From: Bacilli bacterium | GTDB taxonomy: Bacteria > Bacillota_I > Bacilli_A > RF39 > UBA660 | Direction of reading: 5' to 3' | DNA length: 64,000 nucleotides | Assembly (NCBI GenBank): GCA_017460745.1 | Contig: JAFUAL010000042.1 | Location: forward strand, 14,983 to 78,982 | Shown: piece by piece, positions 30,089 to 37,451 of the stretch | Numbering within the stretch: the first letter of the stretch is position 1 | Layout: the number at the start of each line of letters is the position of its first letter | Notes under the pieces: generated by a model | Told to the model about the DNA's origin: nothing | What the model saw: only the letters and a program-made list of their open reading frames with translations | Databases searched by the model: none | Made by a program: the position numbers and the translations under genes

Positions 30089-31016
30089 TTTTGAAGATAA
30101 ATTTAAAGAACTAAGTGCAATTAGCGATATATTAAAAAAGGTTGATAGTAATAATAAAGTAAAGATTTTTTATGGTTTATCAAAAGAAGGCAAAAAAAGA
30201 TTAGCATTTTTATCAACAATTGTTCCTAGTCAAATAGAATCTACAAAAATGATAAGTGTTAGTTATTATAAAGATAATGAAAATTCAAATTGGTTAAGTT
30301 TTGATCTAGAAAATAATAACTATTCCAATCTATTCTATACTTTCTGTACAGATATGGTTAATTCATTGAATGGATTAAATGATGAAAAAGAAGAATTAGA
30401 ATATTTAAAACAAAGATTTTATAATTGGAAAAAGATGTTTCAAAATATATCTACTAAAGAATTATCAGAGGAAAAAGAGCAAGGAATATATGGAGAATTG
30501 TATTTTTTATACAAGTATATGATTCCAAAATATGGTGTAGAGAAATCGATTTTATCATGGGCTGGACCACATAAGTTTAACAAAGACTTTTCAATTGACG
30601 AAAATTGGTACGAAATTAAAACATCAAGTGTTAATGCTACTACAATTGAAATAAGATCAATTAATCAATTAGATTCAGATGTTGATGGTTTTCTTGCTGT
30701 AGTTAAGGTTGAAAAAATGTCTACGGAATATAGAGGGGAATTGTCATCTATTTTTGAATTAATTCAAGCTATCATGAGTGAAATTACAAGTATTCAAATT
30801 CAAGACGATTTTCTTAATAAACTAATTGAGTTAGGGGTTGGACCTGAAAATAATTTTGGCTCACGCCGCTATGATACAAAAAATATATTATTATATAATG
30901 TGTCAGATAAATTTCCTAGGCTTACAAGAAAAAATATAGCATTCGCTGAAATAGAAAATGTTACTTATACTATTAATCTTTCTCAAATTGATAAATTTAA
31001 GTTGGAGGAATTATGA
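30078..31016 (+). CDS. PD-(D/E)XK-motif protein (DUF4420-like)
   Basis: Start at ATG 30078 (or 30069) after RBS GAGGAGGA, overlapping the Z1 3' end. GIYGELYFL...GPHKFNKDFS...WYEIKTSS gives an E...D...ExK pattern. Confidence 0.7.
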   Translation: MKINFEDKFKELSAISDILKKVDSNNKVKIFYGLSKEGKKRLAFLSTIVPSQIESTKMISVSYYKDNENSNWLSFDLENNNYSNLFYTFCTDMVNSLNGLNDEKEELEYLKQRFYNWKKMFQNISTKELSEEKEQGIYGELYFLYKYMIPKYGVEKSILSWAGPHKFNKDFSIDENWYEIKTSSVNATTIEIRSINQLDSDVDGFLAVVKVEKMSTEYRGELSSIFELIQAIMSEITSIQIQDDFLNKLIELGVGPENNFGSRRYDTKNILLYNVSDKFPRLTRKNIAFAEIENVTYTINLSQIDKFKLEEL

Positions 31017-33106
31017 TAAGTTTAGAAGAATTTAGAGAGGATTATATAAATGAAATCAATTTAACAGCTATCGAAAATAGTGAGCATCAACCAGATGCTT
31101 TCATTGATGAAATGTCTGAAACACTTATAGAAGACTTTTCCATAATTAATGGTTTGGACAGATGTTTTTATTCATTTAATAAAGGAACTAAGGCCTTCAA
31201 AAATATGCAAATAGATGGTGGCTATTTAGATCTTCCAGCAAATGTTATTGATTTACTAATTGCAGATTATAATCCCGGAGATGTAACAACAATAACTAAT
31301 GAATTTATTAATTCAAAGTCACAATTGATGATTAATTATTTTGAAAATGTGCTAAAAGGCTATTTTACAAATGCAGAATATAGTAATGAAGCGGTTCAAC
31401 TAGCGTATAGTATTTTAAATAATTTGGATTCTATAAATAAAATTCACCTGGTTATTATATCTACTAATAAACTGAGTACAAGAGTTAAAACAATAGATTT
31501 TCCTGACTTTATTTATAATAATAGAAAATTTAAAGTTGAATTAGATGTTATTGATATTCAAATGATATATAATTCCAGATTAAAAGATTTTAAAAAAGAG
31601 CCAGTTGTTATAAATACTGCTGATTTTGGATTAAATGGTATTCAATGTATAAAAGCTGATATTGGTACCAACGATTATGAAGCCTACTTAGCAATTGTAC
31701 CTGGTAAGTTTTTATGTGATATATATGAAAAGTATGGTCCTAGATTATTGGAGTCAAATGTTAGATCATTTTTAAATGCAAAGGGAACAGTTAATAAAGG
31801 TATTCGTGGTACAATATTAAACGAGAGAAACAAATTTTTTACATATAATAACGGAATTTCTACAGTCGCAAAAGATATTAAGACTAAAATCATTCCTAAT
31901 GAAGGATTATATATAACTGAATTTAATGATTTTCAAATAATTAATGGTGGGCAAACAACAGCATCCTTAGCATCGGCTGATATTAGAGATAAAGCTCCGT
32001 TAGATAATATTTATGTTCAAATGAAATTAACTATTGTTAAAGAGGATGCTCCTGAATTTGTACATAATATTTCAAAATATGCTAACAGCCAAAATAAAGT
32101 AACTGCGGCAGATCTTAACTCCAATCATCCATTCTATATAAAAATGGAAGAATTTTCTAGAAAAACATTTGCGCCACCTGTTAATAATCAACCATACCAG
32201 ACACTATGGTTCTTTGAAAGAGCTCGTGGACAATATGATCAGCCAAAAATGAGTATGACTAAAGCAGAACGTGAAAAATATACTAAGCTAAATCCAAATA
32301 ATCAAAAATTTACTAAAACTGATTTAGCAAAATATTTAAATTCAGCTGCTATGAAGCCATATGCTGTTTCAAAGGGTGCACAATTGAATTTAATTGATTT
32401 TCAAACCGATTTAGAAGCACAGTGGAATAAAGATAAACTTTCATTTAATGAATTGTTCTATAAAGATTTAATTTCTAAGGCAATCTTATTTAAAACAATA
32501 GAGAAAGTTATTTCTGAACAGAATTGGTATATAGAGAATAAAGCATATAGGGCTCAATTGGTAACATATTCATTTTCAAAATTAATTTATGAAGTTAAAA
32601 AAAATGGTAATATGGAATTGGACTATAAAACAATATGGGATAAGCAAAGTGTACCAGACTATATTATTGATGAAATAATTAACATTTCAAAACTATGTTT
32701 TGATGCATTTAACGATCCTAATAGAACATTTAATAATATTGGTGAATATACAAAAAGAAAAGATTGCTGGACTATTATAAAAGACAAGAATTATACATTA
32801 TCTGAAGATACTATAGATTCACTAGTATCAAAAGAAGAGAAAAAAATAGAAGCTATTAGTGCAAAAAAAGATGAAAAATTAAATAATTCTGTTATGCAAG
32901 AAGTTGAAATATTTCAACTTGGTATAGATTATTGGAATAGAGTTAAGCAACTAGGCATTGAACAAAATATTTTGAATGGTAGAGATATAGAATTTATAGA
33001 TTATGCAATTAAATATTGCAATGGATTAGTAATGGGTATGTCACCTGCACAAACTAAAATTATTTTTGAGATAAAAGACAAATTAGAACAGCATGGTATT
33101 AAATAA
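31013..33106 (+). CDS. AIPR (abortive-infection phage-resistance) family protein
   Basis: ATGA overlap with the upstream gene. About 700 aa with NVRSFLNAKGTVNKGIRGTI...FFTYNNGIST...IINGGQTTASL, which matches my memory of the AIPR core. Confidence 0.7.
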   Translation: MISLEEFREDYINEINLTAIENSEHQPDAFIDEMSETLIEDFSIINGLDRCFYSFNKGTKAFKNMQIDGGYLDLPANVIDLLIADYNPGDVTTITNEFINSKSQLMINYFENVLKGYFTNAEYSNEAVQLAYSILNNLDSINKIHLVIISTNKLSTRVKTIDFPDFIYNNRKFKVELDVIDIQMIYNSRLKDFKKEPVVINTADFGLNGIQCIKADIGTNDYEAYLAIVPGKFLCDIYEKYGPRLLESNVRSFLNAKGTVNKGIRGTILNERNKFFTYNNGISTVAKDIKTKIIPNEGLYITEFNDFQIINGGQTTASLASADIRDKAPLDNIYVQMKLTIVKEDAPEFVHNISKYANSQNKVTAADLNSNHPFYIKMEEFSRKTFAPPVNNQPYQTLWFFERARGQYDQPKMSMTKAEREKYTKLNPNNQKFTKTDLAKYLNSAAMKPYAVSKGAQLNLIDFQTDLEAQWNKDKLSFNELFYKDLISKAILFKTIEKVISEQNWYIENKAYRAQLVTYSFSKLIYEVKKNGNMELDYKTIWDKQSVPDYIIDEIINISKLCFDAFNDPNRTFNNIGEYTKRKDCWTIIKDKNYTLSEDTIDSLVSKEEKKIEAISAKKDEKLNNSVMQEVEIFQLGIDYWNRVKQLGIEQNILNGRDIEFIDYAIKYCNGLVMGMSPAQTKIIFEIKDKLEQHGIK

Positions 33107-33134
33107 AAAAGGAAAATCTTCGATTTCCTTTTTT
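33107..33134. terminator. Bidirectional terminator between AIPR and the convergent restriction gene
   Basis: AAGGAAAATC-ttc-GATTTCCTT hairpin (one bulge), flanked by an A-run and a T-run. Confidence 0.65.
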
Positions 33135-34410
33135 ATTTATATATAATATCATCAGGCCTTATGTTGCTTTTATAATTATTATATTGTTCATCCAGATTGT
33201 TTAAGTACTTTTCTAATTTATTTAAGTCCTTTGAACTATCTAGTATATATTTATTTGTTAGTTGAGCAATTTTGCTTCCATTAATCATAATTAGTGGATA
33301 TTGATCTTCCAGAATCTCTTCTTGTGTTTGTTGCGAAAAAGTGGAGTTTGTAACAAACACACCTACATAATTCCTTTTTAATTTTGCAATTGTTCTTGCT
33401 ATATCTTTACTATTTATGGTTTCATTTTGACATTTTGCTTGTCCTATTACTACCATTTTTATTCCTGCTAAATCTTGACCAATATCAATTCTTGTTATAA
33501 AATCTATTCCTTTGTCTCCAGAACCTTTAGTTATGTAGCCTTCTAAATATTTAGTATTATTTTCCATAAAGAAAAATTGGGTAATTTGTAAAGCAAATAG
33601 TTCAAATTGTAATTTTTTATTTTTATAATGTTCTTCAATAATTCCGATTATTTTATCTTCAAACGAACTACTATTTGCTTTTTGATCTTTTTCTTTAATT
33701 ATTCTTGATTTTAATACATGACGTCTGACTTTTTCAATATTATCATTGCCGTTTTTAACCCAATATTTCCATGATAAAGGTGCATTTTTATTTGCTTCTT
33801 GGATTGATAATCTATTATTACATCTATCAGATATCCATTCCCAATCTAATTGATTATTTTCATTTGATAAGTCTAAAATACAAAATTCAAATTCGAAATT
33901 TGTAAATTCATTATTATCGGCTTTTTGTGTTATTAGGCTAACTTTTTCAATTACTCCAAATCCATGAAATTGTAGATATCCTTTTTTTATTCTTTCAAAA
34001 AAAACTATTGGAACTGCTTTTTCTCTTTCTTTTATATCATTTGAGCTATGTTTTTTCCATTCGTCCATTAGGATTTTATTTCCACTTGCAGTTGATGGAT
34101 TAATACTATTACTTTTGCAATCACCATAATATATTACAATACCATTATCTGGATCATATCTATCTTTCCATGGCGTGTTTTCTGTTCCAGCTTTATGTGG
34201 CGAACTTGAAATAATTATAATTGGATCTCGATCACCATCAACGGCTTTAATATTTTTTGCTTTATGTATTCCTCGTTCAAATCTAAATGTTGAATCTAAA
34301 TTTTTTGATTTTGTATAATAAATAAAGTTTTTAGTATTATCGATAAATTCTTGAGCATTTGTGCTATAATCATTAGATAATCTAAATATATCGCCAATTC
34401 TTAATTTCAT
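33133..34410 (-). CDS. Putative modification-dependent (type IV) restriction endonuclease: SRA/YDG-like N-domain + Mrr-type PD-(D/E)XK C-domain
   Basis: C-terminus GDKGIDFITRI...MVVIGQAKCQ matches the Mrr_cat D...(Q/E)xK motif. N-terminus GIHKAKNIKAV...PIIIISSS...DRYDPDNGIVIYYGD...SGNKIL parallels the SRA pattern (GIH...SLVLSGGY.DD.D.G..F.YTG...N.AL). Confidence 0.65.
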   Translation of the reverse strand: MKLRIGDIFRLSNDYSTNAQEFIDNTKNFIYYTKSKNLDSTFRFERGIHKAKNIKAVDGDRDPIIIISSSPHKAGTENTPWKDRYDPDNGIVIYYGDCKSNSINPSTASGNKILMDEWKKHSSNDIKEREKAVPIVFFERIKKGYLQFHGFGVIEKVSLITQKADNNEFTNFEFEFCILDLSNENNQLDWEWISDRCNNRLSIQEANKNAPLSWKYWVKNGNDNIEKVRRHVLKSRIIKEKDQKANSSSFEDKIIGIIEEHYKNKKLQFELFALQITQFFFMENNTKYLEGYITKGSGDKGIDFITRIDIGQDLAGIKMVVIGQAKCQNETINSKDIARTIAKLKRNYVGVFVTNSTFSQQTQEEILEDQYPLIMINGSKIAQLTNKYILDSSKDLNKLEKYLNNLDEQYNNYKSNIRPDDIIYK

Positions 34411-34640
34411 AGTATCATACCTCTATAAATATTATACTATAAAACCAATCCATTTTTTGTATTTTTTCACTTTTACATTTCCTATTATATAAACTTTGAT
34501 AAACTATGATAAATTATTAATGTCCACAAAACCTTATTTTATAAGGAATCTAAATTTTCGTATAAGTAATAATTCGTGCGGGGGGTGGCCCCTCTGAAGA
34601 GAGCAAAATAATTTTTCAACAATTATTTTGTTATGCATAC

Positions 34641-34704
34641 AATAATATGGGTGAATTAATTATATATGAATAATGGATACAGAATAGTTGTTGATGCGGG
34701 ACAC
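34641..34704 (+). repeat. Direct repeat copy 1: non-functional duplicate of the amidase gene 5' end
   Basis: AATAATATGGGTGAATTAATTATATATGAATAATGGATACAGAATAGTTGTTGATGCGGGACA matches 37389-37451 with 1 indel and 2-3 substitutions. The indel creates a stop (MGELIIYE*). Confidence 0.9.
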
Positions 34705-34760
34705 CTAAATACGAAGTTCCCCAAATTAAAGATATAACAAATATTAAGTCTATAAATGTA

Positions 34761-34789
34761 AAGATACTTGGGAGAGTATCTTTTTTTTT
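34761..34789 (+). terminator. Hairpin + T9 run just inside the left repeat
   Basis: AAGATACT-tgggag-AGTATCTT followed by TTTTTTTTT. No intact gene lies upstream on this strand, so it is probably a relic. Confidence 0.55.
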
Positions 34790-34815
34790 GTATAATAATT
34801 TTGGAGTTGATTAGT

Positions 34816-35661
34816 ATGAAATTGAATTATCGATTAATAAAAATAAGTTGTATAGTAATGGTGATAACGTTGTGTATTACTTCTATATTAACTTTTGCCT
34901 GTACTCAAAATAGAGTTATTATTTATATTAGTAATATTCTTTTGAATATTTTTGCTGGTGCTGTTATTTTGTTTATAACATCACTTGTTGAATATTTTGC
35001 TAGTAGAAAAAAAGATTTGGAAACTCTTATGAAATTTATTCTTGATTACCGAAATAAATTTTCTAAAATTAAATATTTGGAGGAAGTTAAATTATTAAAT
35101 CATGATGAATACAAGAAAAAATTTAATAAGGACGATAGTAATGTAGAATTACTTTTGAAAGTAGGTAATGAGTGTGATGAATATAATAAAGGATTAATAA
35201 AAAACTTTGATAAGACTATAGATGCATATATAGATATTTCAAAAATAAATTTTAATGATTTTTGGGATATTTATGCAGATTTACGTTTTATATTTAATAA
35301 TAAAAAAAATAATTTAAAACTTTATAATGAAATTTTTAAATATATATATGATGAAGCAAATTTAATTAGAGAATTATCTTACCATTTAAACATCTACAAA
35401 ACATCTGATGTTAATCCTATTGTTATGTATGATAAAATAAGAAAATATCAAAATCATATTTTTTATGAAAAAGAATTAATGCCCGGAGAGAAATTGAATA
35501 AAAAGAATATGGAATTGATTAAAAGCGGAATTTCTTATCAAACAACATGGCGAAAAGACAAAAGTTCATTTTTTGTATACAATAAAATGACAAAATATTT
35601 AGATGAACAGTATGATAATGTTGGAAAGATAGCATATTTTAATAACGATTATAAAAATTAA
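34816..35661 (+). CDS. Hypothetical membrane protein (2 N-terminal TM helices + helical soluble domain)
   Basis: Start at ATG 34816 (RBS GGAG at 34803; the track TTG start at 34768 was rejected). TM helices IKISCIVMVITLCITSILTFA and IIYISNILLNIFAGAVILFITSLV. No motif recognised. Confidence 0.65.
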   Translation: MKLNYRLIKISCIVMVITLCITSILTFACTQNRVIIYISNILLNIFAGAVILFITSLVEYFASRKKDLETLMKFILDYRNKFSKIKYLEEVKLLNHDEYKKKFNKDDSNVELLLKVGNECDEYNKGLIKNFDKTIDAYIDISKINFNDFWDIYADLRFIFNNKKNNLKLYNEIFKYIYDEANLIRELSYHLNIYKTSDVNPIVMYDKIRKYQNHIFYEKELMPGEKLNKKNMELIKSGISYQTTWRKDKSSFFVYNKMTKYLDEQYDNVGKIAYFNNDYKN

Positions 35662-35709
35662 TTAAATAATTTTGTAAAAAAATATGGTGATATAATTTGA
35701 GGTGTAATA

Positions 35710-36744
35710 ATGAATTTAACTGAATTAAATACAATTTTGGTGGCATCAGAATTAAAGTCGCTTTACAGTATTACAAAAGGAATTATTAATTGTGAAAATA
35801 ATTCTATAGTAAGCTTAGGATTTTTCAATTATGTAATCTTATTATCAGTAGAGATATGTGATTATGCAAATGAAACATATGGTGATAAGTTAACTTATAA
35901 ATATAAAAGAAAAATAAAAGAATGTAGAGCTAGAATTAAAGAATATAATATTGAATCTAGTGAAATATTAGCATTAATTGAAAAGACAAATGTGGAATCA
36001 ATAGATTATTTTTATAAAGATTTATCTAAATTAGTTCAAATGATATTTGGCTCTTTGATAACTAATTTAGGAATCTATAAATATAACGATAAAATTATTT
36101 CTAATACTTTTTTAATATCAAAGGACTTAAAACCTATTATTTATAATGATAGAAAAATTGATAAAAAAAGAATAAAAGAAGTATCAACTTCGTTAGGAAT
36201 GTTATTAAATACTTTATATTTAATTTTTTATAAAGATGTTCAAGTTCAAGCAAATGTTAATATTAAGTATAATTTTGTTTTAGAAGATTACAATGTTAGA
36301 AAAAAAAATAATTTACTTAATCCAAAAATAAATAATAATGAAGCATTATTTTTTTTAGATATATTGTCAATTTTAAATTTCTGTAAAGAAATTATATATT
36401 ATTTTGAAATATGTGATGAATTGAAATATCGAATTTTTTATTTGGCATTTTATAGAACGTATCATAATACCATTAAACTCGTTGAAAAAGATGATAAATA
36501 TCTGAATATAAATAATATATTAAAAAAATACTATAACTTGGATAATAAAGTATTTAGAAATGCAATGTTTCATTATAATATAACAGATAAAATTAATAGT
36601 AATGAAATTAAATTTGATCAAATGTATTATGGAATAATTTTTAAGTATTTAAAAATGAGTGATATTGAATATAAAAAAAGTATAATAAATTATTTTACAG
36701 AGCTTTCCTCAGCTATATCGAATATAATTTTATTCAAAAAGTAA
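35710..36744 (+). CDS. Predicted HEPN-type (Rx4H) helical protein, Abi-like
   Basis: All-helical 344-aa protein with FRNAMFHYN near the C-terminus (R283-x4-H288, nt 36556-36573), the RNxxxH form of the HEPN RNase motif as in the Abi_2/AbiD-F families. RBS GAGGTG upstream. Confidence 0.55.
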   Translation: MNLTELNTILVASELKSLYSITKGIINCENNSIVSLGFFNYVILLSVEICDYANETYGDKLTYKYKRKIKECRARIKEYNIESSEILALIEKTNVESIDYFYKDLSKLVQMIFGSLITNLGIYKYNDKIISNTFLISKDLKPIIYNDRKIDKKRIKEVSTSLGMLLNTLYLIFYKDVQVQANVNIKYNFVLEDYNVRKKNNLLNPKINNNEALFFLDILSILNFCKEIIYYFEICDELKYRIFYLAFYRTYHNTIKLVEKDDKYLNINNILKKYYNLDNKVFRNAMFHYNITDKINSNEIKFDQMYYGIIFKYLKMSDIEYKKSIINYFTELSSAISNIILFKK

Positions 36745-36936
36745 ATAAAATTATAACTTTTTTACCAAAAATATAAATTATATTTTTGTAATAGCAAGCA
36801 CTGAATTTGTACACGCACAAAATTCGCTTGATGGGACTTGAATTTAAATAATAATCAAGTTACTACAGGGTCGCTTTAATTATAAATACGAAAAGTTGTT
36901 TCTTTGAATTTCTATTAGTAATATTTATATAAGTAA

Positions 36937-36999
36937 AAAAGACTATCATTTTTATTGAACCAATATTTCAATAAAGTTGATAGTCTTTTAATTTTTTTA
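36937..36999. terminator. Long compound hairpin (12 bp + 8 bp stems), bidirectional terminator
   Basis: AAAAGACTATCA (36937-36948) pairs with TGATAGTCTTTT (36978-36989). The inner stem is TTATTGAA (36952-36959) with TTCAATAA (36967-36974). T-runs are present on both strands. It overlaps the stop of the minus-strand ORF. Confidence 0.65.
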
Positions 37000-37309
37000 T
37001 TTGTTCATCTTTTAATATATGTTCTTCAATACTTGGATCATATTCTAGTTTTAAATATCCAAGTAATTCATTTATATTTTTAATTAATTTTTTTGATGTT
37101 TCATCTAATTTATTATTCTTTTTTAAATGTTTTTCTAAATCATCAACATAATCTTGTAAATCTATATCAAGATGTCTTCTTTTATCAACTTCATGTAATA
37201 CTATTTTGTTAGCATATTCATGATCTTGAACTTTTTTATAATATCTTTTATAATTTACAATTACATTATTATCACTATGTTCAACTAAATCTTCTGAGTA
37301 TCCAACCAT
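36968..37309 (-). CDS. Small acidic/basic helical ORF (113 aa), possibly a gene fragment
   Basis: ORF only; no convincing RBS upstream (…AAACTGGCTAAAATG). Its 5' end abuts the right direct repeat at 37389. Confidence 0.3.
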   Translation of the reverse strand: MVGYSEDLVEHSDNNVIVNYKRYYKKVQDHEYANKIVLHEVDKRRHLDIDLQDYVDDLEKHLKKNNKLDETSKKLIKNINELLGYLKLEYDPSIEEHILKDEQIKKLKDYQLY

Positions 37310-37388
37310 TTTAGCCAGTTTTTTTAAAATCTAAATTTAGATATTTTTTGAACGATTTTAAAGTAACTTTTATTAAACTAACTCATAA

Positions 37389-37451
37389 AATAATATGGGT
37401 GAATTAATTAATATGAATAATGGATATAGAATAGTTGTTGATGCTGGACAT
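37389..37451 (+). repeat. Direct repeat copy 2 (functional 5' end of the amidase gene)
   Basis: See copy 1 at 34641-34704. Homology starts at AATAATATGGG and ends at GGACA. Flanks are unrelated. Confidence 0.9.

Noticed and set aside
34570-34605. Isolated GC-rich stretch (CGTGCGGGGGGTGGCCCCTCTGAAGAGAGC) in an AT-rich spacer, considered as an att site, REP element or RNA-gene fragment.
   Set aside because: There is a single occurrence in the window, only a weak GGGG/CCCC hairpin, and no tRNA-like or other RNA structure I could fold by eye.
34706-36897. Short shared motif AAATACGAA(A)AGTT at about 34708 and about 36884 (and an inverted TATACGAAA at about 34558), considered as inner terminal repeats of the inserted cassette.
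   Set aside because: It is only 13-14 nt with a gap, in a very AT-rich background. This is within chance expectation and has no supporting flanking similarity.
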